Source of the DNA: Octopus sinensis
Lineage: Eukaryota
Assembly (NCBI RefSeq): GCF_006345805.1
Contig: NC_043012.1
Span: 57,350,001-57,414,000, forward strand
Length of the DNA stretch: 64,000 bases
Direction: 5' to 3'
Of the stretch, positions 13,856-26,702 are shown piece after piece (the stretch's first letter is position 1; each line of letters opens with the position of its first letter). Position numbers and translations under genes: made by a program. The notes beneath the pieces are model-generated. The model ran no database searches. It saw only the letters and a program-made list of their open reading frames with translations, and was not told where the DNA came from.

Positions 13856-14020
13856 CACTCTCGGAGTGGTTGGCGTTAGGAAGGGCATCCAGCTGTAGAA
13901 ACACTGCCAGATCTGACTGGCCTGGTGCAGCCTTCAGGCTCCCCAGACACCAGTTGAACCGTCCAACCCATGCTAGCATGGAAAGCGGACGTTAAATGAT
14001 GATGATGATGATGATGATGA
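13856..14020 (+). mobile_element. Retroposon tail family D ending in (GAT)n (RTE-related, tentative)
   Basis: ggttggcgttaggaagggcatccagctgtagaaa...ccaacccatgctagcatggaaagcggacgttaaatgatgatg; other copies near 1540, 7560(-), 21918, 27535(-), 49965(-), 53135, 62655. Confidence 0.75.
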
Positions 14021-14183
14021 TATCGTTTATGGATTTGGTTTGCAAGATTCTTTATGTGAGTTCATGTGTTGAAGCATATTCTGTTGTGTCTGTGAAAAGG
14101 CTGCAAGACACAGAAAAAACAACAACACCAGTACGTGGAACATGTAATGTATTATCAGATGCTCAGGAAAGGTAAAAAAGATG

Positions 14184-14217
14184 GTTTAACGTTTCAAGCA
14201 AAGTTCTTCTTCAGAAA
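14184..14217 (-). ncRNA. Minimal hammerhead ribozyme motif (PLE-type)
   Basis: uuuCUGAAGA-AGAAC uuu GCUU-GAAAC-GUU-aaa on minus strand; one mismatch in stem II. Confidence 0.55.
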
Positions 14218-14290
14218 TAGAGGAAAGTCCAAAAGAATGGAAGACGGAGGAAGAAAATCACCAACGATTCACATGTAGTTACATTTTGAA

Positions 14291-14321
<31 letters not shown>

Positions 14322-14690
14322 AGTTACTTATATAAATTTTCATTAAAGACTATTTGCCAACATAATGTGGCAGTCATGGATGGAATGAATGTTGGGAAAT
14401 AATCTTTACTTTAAAGTATTGTTACTGAATCTCTCTCTTTGAGAGATTTTGAAATAATAATGCTTCTATAAATTTTCATCTTTATCACTGATAGTATGTG
14501 AAAAATACAAAGAATTTCCTTTTTTACATCAAAAGGAATTAGGCAGATCTTGAGAAAATATATAAAATTGTTTATGATTAAGAAATTCTAAGTCAAATGA
14601 ATGTACAACATACTTTAAGACTCTTTTAGAATCTTGCAAATTTACTCACTCACTCTCTCCAATGTTGGTCTGATTCACTATATACATATA

Positions 14691-15136
14691 GGCGTAGGAG
14701 TGGCTGTGTGGTAAGTAGCTTGCTTACCAACCACATGGTTCCGGGTTCAATCCCACTGTGTGGCACCTTGGGCAAGTGTCTTCTACTATAGCTTCGGGCC
14801 GACCAAAGCCTTGTGAGTGGATTTGGTAGACGGAAACTGAAAGAAGTCCGTCGTATATATGTATATGTATGTGTGTGTGTGTGTGGTGTGTGTATGTGTG
14901 TGTGTGTTTGTGTGAGTGTGTTTGTCCTCTCCCTCACCCCAACATCGCTTGACAACCGATGCTGGTGTGTTTACATCCCTGTGACTTTGCAGTTCGGCAA
15001 AAGAGACCGATTAGAATAGGTACTAGGCTTACAAAGAATAAGTCCTGGGGTCGATTTCCTCGACTAAAGGCAGTGCTCCAGCATGGCCGCAGTCAAATGA
15101 CTGAAACAAGTAAAAGAGTAAAAGAGAGTAAAAGAG
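14691..15136 (+). mobile_element. SINE family A, full length
   Basis: Head, internal (TA/TG)n, tail ending in aaagagta repeats. Confidence 0.9.
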
Positions 15137-16599
15137 TATATCCCTGTAACTTGTGTACATCCCCATCTCGGCATCTCTTCACTATCTCTCTCTCTCTCTT
15201 GGCAGCCATATTCCTTCTCTGCTGCAAGACATTTTTTCTTTCCTTTAATACAATCCCCTTCAGTTGAAGGGTTTGGTGAACTCACTGATGTTGGTGCCAC
15301 ATAATAAAAGTACACCCTGTAAAGTGGCTGGCATTAGGAAAGGCATCCAGCTATAGAAACCATACCAAAGCACACAGCAGATCTTGATACTGTTCTTGGA
15401 TTTTTCATAGACATGGCATAAAAAAATAACCAATGTCTCAAGGAGTGAGTGTCATGGAGTTTAGTTACATCCCACAAACACTAAAGTTTTCCCCAAAATC
15501 CAGGGTTTTTCTAACCGCTCAACTTAACTTTAAAGAATTGAAATCACATAAAAATATTCTTTAACTAATTTTTGGAATTCCTATATGAGCAGTTATTTCA
15601 ACCAATGGGAAGACGACAATCATATTTCTTCGGCAATATGACATTACATCATATTGCCAGCTACCACAAATTGGCGGTACTATTTGAAAATAGCTACACA
15701 CTACACTGTCTTTTGAGACTCACCAGTTCCCATTGAACCATCCAACCCATGCCAGCACAGAAAACAGACATTAATTGATGATGATGATGACGACGATGGC
15801 GATAACGATGACTAAGAATATACCCACAAATGCTTATATTGCCAGTTTCCAGAACATAACCATGTCTGTCCTTACAGTTAATCTGTCAATATCTATACAG
15901 AAATGGTCGGGCATAATTCCTGCTGTAACCAATTACGAATGGAATGATATATAAATGCCTTAACTACCATAATGTTTGTAATTTAACAGCTGGGTTAATC
16001 CAATTCTTTAGCTTTTCAGCACATTTTTGCTCAATGATTAGGGTAATTTTCTATAGTTATGTCAATTATTATTAGATTATTATCGCTATCGCAGAAGTGT
16101 GGCTGTGCGACTGTTAAGCTTACTTCCCAACTAAGTGGTCCTGGGTTCAGTCCCACCGTGTGGCCCCTTGGGCGACTGTCTTCTACAACAGCTCTGAGTT
16201 TACTCAATGGAAACTGAAAGAAACCCATTATGTGTATGTGTGTATGGTGCTGTGTGTGTATGGTTCTGTGTGTGTGTGTGTATATATACATAAGTATGTA
16301 TGGTACTGTGTGTGTGTGTGTTGTGGAGACATATGGCTTAGTGGTTAGGGTGTTGGATTAATGATTGTAAGATTGTGGTTTCAATTCCTGGTCTGGGTGA
16401 CACGTTGTGTTCTTGAGCAAAACACTTCATTTCATGTTGCTCCAATGCACTCAGATGGCAGAAAGGAGCAACCTCACAATGGACTAGTGTCCCATCCAGG
16501 TGGAGAATATATATGCCATGGAAACTGGCCCTTATGAGTCAGTATGATTTGAGAAGGTAACCTTTACTTTACTTTTACTCTGTGTGCATGGAAAATAGA

Positions 16600-16900
16600 T
16601 ATGTATGAATGGTACTATGTGTGTGTATGTATGTATGGTACTGTGTGTGCGTGTATGTATAGTACAGTGTGTGTGTGTATGTATGGTACTGTGTATGTGT
16701 GCATGTATGTATGGTACTGTGTATGTGTGTGTGTATGGTACAGTGTGTGTGTGTATGTATGGTACTGCATGTGTGTGTGTATGTATGGTACTGTGTATGT
16801 GTATATATATGGTACTGTGTGTGTGTGTGTGTATATGTATATATGGTACTGTGTGTATGCATGTATAGTACACTGTGTGTGTATCTATGTCTGGTATGTC
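16600..16900. repeat. Minisatellite (gtatgtatggtactgtgtgtgt)n
   Basis: About 12 copies of an atggtactgt anchor separated by variable (GT)n. Confidence 0.8.
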
Positions 16901-17512
16901 TGTGTGTGCATGCATGCATGATGTGCGTATGTGTTTACGCCTGTTCTATTGTTCTAACATCACACTATGATTGTAAAAAGGGTAGCACCATCATACAAGG
17001 GATGTCTGGCCATGGGAAATATTACCCTTGCTTGGGAACAAGTAAAAGTTGGTAACAGGAAGGGCATCCAGCCACAGAAAATCTGTCAACATATTCTGTT
17101 TGACTGACGCAAGCATGAAAATGTGGATTGTAAATGATGATGCTGATGACGATGTCAATGACAACGATGATAACAATGATGATGATAACGATGACGATGA
17201 TGTTGATCATAATGAACATGATCATCATCATGATGACAGCAACGACAATGATGAGGATAATGATGATGATGATGATCACAATGATGATGATCATGATGAT
17301 AATGATGATGATGATGACAATAGAGTAGAACGTCATTATTATTATTAGCACTGACACACTGCTGAAGACTGGCTCTTCGGATTCAATTAATACCACACAT
17401 TTATCAAATAGATTCTGGCTAGGTTAATTCCTAGTTCTATTCCAAATATTCTTAAATAGTGTTGTTGTTGTTGTAAAACCAAAGTCAGTTTAAGTTTCTC
17501 TGCCATTGATAC

Positions 17513-17593
17513 CTTGAAGAATGCATTGCAAGGAAGTGATGCTAATTTTGCTTGTGGCCACTTGAAGGAAGTGCTAACCATCTTTCTGATAAG
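17513..17593 (-). CDS. Candidate internal coding exon LIRKMVSTSFKWPQAKLASLPCNAFFK (phase 0/0), gene unidentified
   Basis: Acceptor catttgtctccAG, donor AAG/GTatca, 81 nt, unique non-repetitive sequence; only one frame is open. Confidence 0.4.
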
Positions 17594-17704
17594 CTGGAGA
17601 CAAATGTTGTTATCTGGTTTACGATTGACTGCTGGTCAAGCTCTGGTTAAACAGATATAATGTCTAGTAATGACCATCCTGCCTTTTATTCTTCCCGATG
17701 TACT

Positions 17705-18065
17705 ATTTACTATTTTACTATTTTACTTGTTCCAGTCATTTGACTGTGGCCATGCTGGAGCACCGCCTTTAGTCGAGTAAATCGACCCCAGGACTTATTC
17801 TATCGGTCTCTTTTGCCGAACTGCTAGGTTACGGCGACGTAAACACCAGCATCGGTTGTCAAGCGATGTTGGGGGGGACAAACACAGACACACATATACA
17901 TACATACATATATATATACATATATACATGTATACGACGGGCTTTCAGTTTCCGTCTACCAAATCCACTCACAAGGCTTTGGTCAGTCCGAGGCTATAGC
18001 AGAAGACACTTGCCCAAGTTGCCACGCAGTAGGACTGAACCCGTAACCATGTGGTTGGTAAGCAA
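17705..18065 (-). mobile_element. SINE family A
   Basis: Reverse complement of the family consensus. Confidence 0.85.
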
Positions 18066-18567
18066 GCTCAGGGTACCACGTAGTGTGACTGAACCCGGAA
18101 CGATGCAGTTGGGAAGCCAGCTTCTTACCACATAGCCACGCCTGCACACTCTGAAGACAATAGTTTGGAGTGATTTCAGAGATATTTAGCTGCTATTACT
18201 AGCATGTTGAGTAACTAACGGCTTAGGAGTTTGCTCTTGTTGACATAAATAACTGTGGGTGCGGACTTTGGGATAAGATAGGGATCAAAGTAGGAATGGT
18301 ATGCGTGAGGTGGGTGGGGTGAAGATGTTGGGGATGATGTCGGGGTGGGGATGGTGGGGGCGGTGGTGGTGGTGCTGCTGCTGCTGCTGGGGAATATGTT
18401 CAGAAATCTAAATTCTGTTAGGAGGCAATAAATAGGAACTGGATGATGTTTTTTCAAAACATTTTTACTCCTTCAAATAAAGTGTGTGTATGTGTATGTG
18501 CGTGTATGTGGTGTGTGTGTGTGAATGCTTGTGTGTGTGTGGTGTGTGTGTGTGTGTGTGTGTGTGT

Positions 18568-18816
18568 GCATGTGTGAGCACAGGCAGGTGTGTGTGAGCA
18601 CAGGCAGGTGTGTGTGTGCCCATGTGTGCATGTGCATTTGTGTGCATGAGTGCGCAGGTATGTGTGTATGTATGTGTATATGTAAGATATGAAAGTAAAA
18701 GTTGTGTTTATGAGGGTGTGGCATGCTGTAGGCGTGTCAGATGGGTATCAAGAGTGCATGTGTATGTATGTGTATATGTGTGTGTGCGTATATGTCCCTG
18801 CGCTTGTATGTATGTA

Positions 18817-18853
<37 letters not shown>

Positions 18854-19080
18854 ATGTGTGAGCACAGGCAGGTGTGTATGTGTGCCCATGTGTGCATGTG
18901 CATTTGTGTGCATGAGTGCGCAGGTATGTGTGTATATGTAAGATATGAAAGTAAAAGTTGTGTTTATGAGGGTGTGGCATGGCTGTAGGCATGTCAGATG
19001 GGTATCAAGAGTGCATGTGTATGTGTGTGTGTGTGTGCGTATATGTCCCTGCGCTTGTATGTATGTATGTGTGTGTGTGT
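18568..19080. repeat. Tandem duplication, ~285-bp period, within a (GT)n field
   Basis: gcacaggcagg...gtaagatatgaaagtaaaagttgtgtttatgagggtgtggcatg...tatgtccctgcgcttg occurs twice (18568-18830 and 18852-19070). Confidence 0.85.
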
Positions 19081-20136
19081 GTGCACGTGTGAATATCAGA
19101 TTTAAGTGTATCAAGTGAGTGTGTATATATATGTGTGTATATATGTGTGTGTACATATGTGTATGTATATATTAAGTGTGGGTGTGTCTGATTATTATCA
19201 GTTATATCTGTACATGTTTGAATGTGTGTGTGTGTGAATGTAGGCATGTGTGTGAGAGAGAGTGTGTGATGTGAATGTCTCAGGTAAGTGTGTGTATGTA
19301 TATATGTGTATTAGTGTATGTAAGATGGATGTACATGTATGTGTGTTTGTGTGTGTGATGTGATTTGTCAGTTGAGTGTGTACGTGTGTATATGTGTGTG
19401 TGAGCGTGTGTGTGTGTGTGTCTTCGTGTCTCTGTGTCAGCTGTATACTAGTGACAACAGAAAATTTGCAATGAGTAATTAATTAAGCAAAGTGGAATGA
19501 GAAGGGGGTGGGGCAAGTGGAGTTTGAATGAGTCGAGTGAAGGAGAATGAGTGAAGCAGTGAAGAATGAGTTGAATTTAAGTAAAAGACAAATGACTCAA
19601 GATTAGTCTGTTGAATGTAAAAATGGTAACAGTTCTTAAAGGAGAAGGTGGACCGACAGAGGTGGTGAAACATCGAATAGATCATCATCATCGTTGACAT
19701 CAACACTGTTGTCATCATCATCATCATCATCACCATCACAGACCTGGATGTCATCGTCATCATCATTATTATCATCATTGTTGTTGTCAACATCATCATC
19801 ATCATCACTACCATCACCGTCATCAATATCATCCCCATTGTCATCACTAGCAACATTACTATCACCAGCAGCATCACAATTATCAGCATCATCATCCCAC
19901 CACCAACAACAACAACATCGTCATCAACTTCATCATTGATGTCATCACCATCATCGTTATCATCCTCATTATCATCACTATTAACAGCGTCATCACCATC
20001 CTACCACTACCACCGCCGCCGGTGAACTGCAAATAATTGCAACTGAATACTGCAAGACATTTTGTCCAATGCTCAATAACAACTTTGGTAACCCACTTCT
20101 CTTAAAAAGTGTAAATTAAAACATGTTAACTATTAT

Positions 20137-20306
20137 AGGCTTAGGAGTGGCTGAGTTGTAAGTAGCTTGCTTACCAACCACATGGTTCTGGGTTCAATCC
20201 CACTGTGTGGCACCTTGGATAAGTGTCTTCTACTATAGCCTCGGGCCAACCAAAGCCTTGTGAGTGGATTTGGTAGACAGAAACTGAAAGAAGCCCGTCG
20301 TATATA

Positions 20307-20354
<48 letters not shown>

Positions 20355-20561
20355 TGTGTGTCTGTGTTTGTTCCCCCAACATCGCTTGACAACCGATGCT
20401 GATGTGTTTACGTCCCCGTAACTTAGTGGTTCGGCAAAAGAGACCGATAGAATAAGTACTAGGCTTACAAAGAACAAGTTCTGGGGTTGATTTGCTTGAC
20501 TAAAGGCAGTGCTCCAGCATAGCCAGAATCAAATGACTGAAACAAGTAAAAGAGTAAAAGA
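20137..20561 (+). mobile_element. SINE family A, full length
   Basis: Matches other family A copies. Confidence 0.9.
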
Positions 20562-21200
20562 AGTATTGAGAAGTGTTAATTAATGAAAAAAGGATGTCCA
20601 CATTAAGAACTGCTAATTAGTAAAGGATACTAGCTCGTAAGAAACATGTACGTATGTGTGAATTTATTCATATATGATGACTGTCCACTTGTGCCAAAAT
20701 AAAACCATCACTGACCATTAACAACATTCAGGACTCAGACAAATTTATACTTTACACTTGTGGCTCTGCTGTTGACTAATGAGTCCAGCTCTTAATGAAC
20801 ATACAAGTCCATAGATATTGGCAGACCAAGCTTCTCCCATTCATTGCACTGGTGGTTTGTTTTCAAGTATCTCTGAAAAATGCATGTTTTATTGGAAATA
20901 TTCATTCCTTTTACTTGTTTCCTTCAAAGTTGGCGATGACAAGCAAAGCTTTCCCAATTGATCTCTCATATTTCACATGCTTTATACAATCCTTAAATAC
21001 ATACATAGATATATATATATATATAATAAATATTAGGGAATAAATCCAAATTTACAGGGAAAAAATCAGATTTAGGATTAAATCCAATTTTATAGTAAAA
21101 TATTATATAATATTAATTAGAGACAAAACCACTATTTTGCAAAACAAACAAGGAAAGACTTAATCAATACATAAAATTTTAATAAAAAGTAAAAAAACCG

Positions 21201-21243
21201 CCACTACAAATGTTTCATGTCTTGATTGACAATCTTCAGGTGG
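21201..21243 (-). ncRNA. Type I hammerhead ribozyme (left arm)
   Basis: CCAC-CUGAAGA-uUGUC aaucaa GACAu-GAAAC auuu GUA^GUGG. Confidence 0.75.
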
Positions 21244-21318
21244 ATTTCCGATTTTCAAGTCAGTTTCAAATTATGAAATTTGAAATTATAATTTGAAACT
21301 GACTTGAAAATCGGAAAT

Positions 21319-21361
21319 CCACCTGAAGATTGTCGATCAAGACATGAAACAATTGTAGTGG
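21319..21361 (+). ncRNA. Type I hammerhead ribozyme (right arm)
   Basis: Stem I CCAC/GUGG, core CUGAAGA, stem II UGUC/GACA, GAAA, palindromic stem III ACAAUUGU, cleavage after GUA (21357). Confidence 0.8.
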
Positions 21362-21460
21362 CGTTTTTTTACTTTTTATTAAAATTTTATGTATTGATTA
21401 AGTCTTTCCTTGTTTGTTTTGCAAAATAGTGGTTTTGTCTCTAATTAATATTATATATAT

Positions 21461-21502
<42 letters not shown>

Positions 21503-23077
21503 AATGAGAGAAAAAACATGGAGCATTAACTTGGTATTCATTCATTACTTCATTCACACATGTTTCTGTATCCGGTAATTGATTAACGATGTCACTCTAT
21601 CAATGCAATTCATAAATGCAGTTTATGGGGTACATAACGCTACTGAACATGTCCTTGGATGTTATAGATATATTAAAACTGCATAGAACCATATAATTTA
21701 TGGCATCACACAACGGAGGGATTTTAACTTGATTACTACTAAGAACTGCAACCAGAATGGTAAATTTGTCATGCGTTGTGCACATCCATTTCTACCATAT
21801 ATATATATCATCATCATCAACATCATCATCAACATCATCATCATCATCAGCTAGATGCCCTTCCTAATGCCACCCACTACACTCTCTGATGATGATGATG
21901 GTGATATTTATATATATCGGAGTGGTTGGCATTAGGAAGGGCATCCAGCTGTAGAAACTATGCCAGGTCGGATTGGAGCCTGGTGCAGCCTTCTGGCCCG
22001 CCGGTCCTCAGTCAAATCGTCCAACCCATGCTAGCATGGAAAGCAGACGTTAAACGATGATGATGATGATTATGATATATATATATATATGCTATATGTA
22101 TGTATTTATGTATATATCTACGTATATTTACAGATATTTGTGCAAGAGATTTTAACTTTACAAGAAATGCCATCTTAGAAAATTTAATGAACAAAAAATG
22201 TTGATATTTCTTATAAGTTAACTTCGAAGAAATGTTATAAGGAATGTTAGCTTAGAAGACAGTCAGGCTGAACATCAAATAGTTTAAGTGTGTGTCGTGT
22301 GTGTGTATTTATGTTTGTATATATGTGTATGTAGGTATGTACATTTGAGTATATGTGCTGAGTATATGTGCTTGTGTATGTGTGTATATATATATATTGA
22401 GTATGTATAATTGTGTTTGTATGTGTGTGTGTGTATAAAGAGAGGTCTTATGAAATGTAGGACATCTAAAAGTAGAATGACGTGATGGCGGCGATGGTTG
22501 TGGTGGTGAACGTCAGTGGAGGTTAGATGCATGTGTTGGTTGTAACAGCAGTGATGGTGGTTGGCATGGCAGTGGCGACGATAGTGGTGATGGCAATAAT
22601 GGTTGGCGATGGTGGTGGTGGCAGAAGGTCAAGTAAACAAAGATGCCAGAGAACGTAATTAGGAAGAATCTCTTAGAAGTTTACGTCTTCACGCAGATCA
22701 CATACCACCACTGAAATGAATGGAGAAAATCTTTACATGGCTGTTGATTTGTTTAACCCTGTTCCAATATGGATGAATGGACATTAAAATGTCAATGACA
22801 ATGACGAGCGATAGTGACGATGAAGACGACGACGGTGATGACGTTGATGATGACGATGATGATGACGGCGGCGGATGGTGGTTGCGATGGTAATGAAGAA
22901 GATAATAACGATGCTTTACATGCATATGACATCAGTTTTTCTAAACGAATCTGCATATATATACATATATTTGCATATATATATGTACGCTGAGGTGTAC
23001 GTGTATAATATATATACAGGTACACACACAAATATACACACATATATATACACACACAGGTATACACATACACACAG

Positions 23078-23551
<474 letters not shown>

Positions 23552-24527
23552 GTGTATATGTTTATATGTACGTGTGTGAGTATATACTCTGACTTTGCTA
23601 TATATGTGTTTCCACTCTGCCTTCGGTAGTCAAGCACTATTCAAAGAAAGTAAAAGACAAACAATGAGAAAGATAGAGACATTTGTATGTAGCCGTGTAT
23701 ACATGTATACGGTGGTCGCGACCCCTGTGTGTGCTTGTCTCTCTTTGTCCTGACAATACATAAAAGCTATAAATGACCATCACCATTATGCAAGCCATGT
23801 CATTCGTTTCTGATCTTTCTCGAAAAGAATGCCAGGCAATGAGGAAATATTAGTTTACATGGAAACAAGTGAAGGTTAGCCACAGGAAGAGCATCCAGCT
23901 GTAGAAAATCTGCCATGACAATATCTCCTCCACTGCAACATAACTGTGCTTGTCGCTCTTTTATTTCTTTTAGCTTTCAACACCTGACTTAAAGCTACCC
24001 ATCCTCTACCAAATACTGCTTCTTAGTGCTGGAAGCTTATCCACTTCTCCTTTTCTTTCATGGCCACCTCACTTGTGCTGACGGCATGTAAAAAGCACCC
24101 AGTGGACTCTGTAAAATGGTTGGCATTAGGAAGGACACCCAGTTATAGAAGCCATACCAAAGATGACACTGCAGCCTCACATGTACCTTTCACTCCTTAC
24201 AGTCGTTAGACTGCGGCCATGCTGGGGCACCACTTTGAAGAATTTTTAGTTGAATGAATTGATCTGTGACACACACACACAAACACACACACGAGAGTCT
24301 TCTTTCAGCTTTTTTTCAACCATATCCACTCACAGGGCTTTGGTCGGTCCAAGGCTATAGTAGAAGATACTTGCCCAAGGTATCATGCAGTATGCAGTGG
24401 GACTGAACATGGAGACATGTGTGTGTGTATATATATAGGGAGAATTCACAAAAAATACAAAAGACAAAGACAGGTGGTGTAGACAACAAACAGATGTATT
24501 AGTATAACGCTCGGGAAGTGAAAAAGT

Positions 24528-24562
24528 CTTTAACGTTTCGAGCCAACGCTCTTCCACAGAAA
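24528..24562 (-). ncRNA. Degenerate minimal hammerhead motif
   Basis: uuuCUGUGGA-aGAGC guug GCUC-GAAAC-GUU-aaag; core mutated relative to CUGAUGA. Confidence 0.45.
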
Positions 24563-24648
24563 GGAACACAGAAAGAAACAAGGAGAGAAAATAAAGAATG
24601 TGTAGTGGCTGGTGATCTATCATGTATATATATATATATATATATATA

Positions 24649-25016
24649 CTCTTTTACTTGTTTCAGTCATTTGACTGCAGCCATGCTGGAGCACTGACTT
24701 TAGTTGAGCAAATCGACCCCAGAACTTATTCTTTGAAAGCCTAGTACTTATTCTATCTCTCTTTTGCCGAACCGCTAAGTTACAGGGACGTAAACCAGCA
24801 TTGGTTGTCAAGCGATGTTCGGGGGGGGGGGGACAAATACAGACACACAAACATACATATATACGATGGGCTTCTTTCAGTTTCTGTCTACCAAATCACT
24901 CACAAGGCATTGGTCGGCCCTGAGGCTACAGTAGAAGACATTTGCCCAAGGTGACACACAGTGCAACTGAACCTGGAACCATATGGTTTGCAAGCAAGTT
25001 ACTTACTAAACAGCCA
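24649..25016 (-). mobile_element. SINE family A
   Basis: Reverse complement of the family consensus. Confidence 0.85.
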
Positions 25017-25598
25017 CATATATATATTTATTTATTATATCATACCTTGATACTGTATGAATTAAGTTCTCTGTTAACAGGCTGCTGGTATTTATAGAGC
25101 ATCAAACACTTTCAGTATGCAAATTAGGGACTCCTTCATAGAATAACTGCTGCATTTGTTGAGTATATATACAGTTTAGCTGCTTGCTTTTTTTTTGTGG
25201 AAACTATTAGAATGATGTGGATGTCTCTGATGAGAACCCAATAAGGTTTCAAAATTGATGAAGGTTGTTCATTTTTTTTTCAGTTTGCAGAGAAATGGCT
25301 AAAATTTGCCCTGTTTATAATCATGCCATATGTTACACACACACACAGACACACACACATGTATATATATGCCTTCGAAACATGCTTGAGTCTACTAGCG
25401 ACAGCTGATGACGGGGGTTTTTTCCTTGTGTAGCACGTCCTGTAACTGTTTTTTTGTGTTTTTGTTTTTTGTTTTTCCCGTTTCTAGCGTCATGTTGTGG
25501 TGTCCTGTACTCACGCATAATTATTTATATATGCATGTATATATACATGTAGATGTAGGTAAGTACATATATGTTTGTATGTATGCATATTTTTTATT

Positions 25599-25649
<51 letters not shown>

Positions 25650-26667
25650 TATATAGGTATATATGTATGTATAATGTGTATGTAAGTGTAGTTTTACTGA
25701 GTGTATTTTTTTCAACCCCTTTTTCCATTCCTCTATGTACAATAAACCAAAGGTACCCCTCCATACCATCCACTTCCTACCAAAAATAATGTGGCACACA
25801 ATATGTTAGCCCCTATTTATTATACGCATAATCAAACATACATCACCCACTTCACACTTTTAAACTAGGGACATGTTGAAAAGTCTGCAAAATAAACGAA
25901 AAACATATGGTGTGTGTGTTTGTGTGTGTGTGTGTATGTCCGTGCATGTAATGCCTCTGTGTGTGTGTATATGTGAGTGTGTGCATGCGTGTGTGTATGT
26001 GTGTATATGTTTGTGCATGTACATGCCTGCGTTGTGTGTGTGTTTGTGTGTTAGTGTATGTCTGTGTATGTACATGCTTCTGTGTGTGTATGTATGTGTG
26101 TGTGTGTTGAGTGTGTATGTCTATGCATGTATATGCTTCTGTGTGTGTATGTGTGTGTGTGTGAGTGTGTATGTCTGTGCATGTACATGCTTCTGTGTGT
26201 GTGTGTGTATGTTGTGTGTGTATGTCTGCATGTACATCATGCCTCTGTGTGTGTGTATATATGTGCAGGTGCATGCGTGTGTGTGTATGTGTATGTGTGT
26301 GTATGTGTATGTGTGTGTGGTATATGTGCGTGTTTGCATACGATTGCTTGTGTGTACACAGCAGGGTTTTATATGCATTTGATTCCTTGGCATCCTTTTG
26401 TCGCTGTAATCCAATTAAGAGAGAGCCTCGTTAAATTTAGAGTTCCCCAAACAATGTGGACCACTTGGCTTTGGTTAAAGTTTAATCAATGAAAACTGTT
26501 TGGAAACAAAGAACACTAAATGGATATGTGTGTGTGTGTGTATTTGTGTGTGTGTGCGTGTGTGAGTATGCGTGAGCATATATATAAATACATATATATA
26601 TATATATATGAATATAAATATATATACATACATATATATAAATATAAAAATATATACATACATATAC

Positions 26668-26702
<35 letters not shown>

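Larger units (their letters stand above)
21025..21457. mobile_element. Fold-back PLE pseudo-LTR remnant (inverted arms ~21104-21274 / 21288-21457) flanked by (TA)n
   Basis: ~170-bp near-perfect inverted repeat with 13-nt spacer; left arm extends ~80 bp further; each arm holds a hammerhead. Confidence 0.85.

Noticed and set aside
15632-15658. 10-bp-stem hairpins (also 40017-40039)
   Set aside because: Expected by chance in 64 kb; no supporting context
25225-25265. Hammerhead-like CUGAUGA-GAACC..GGUUUC-AAAA
   Set aside because: GAAA is mutated and there is no clear stem III or cleavage site; at most a decayed relic
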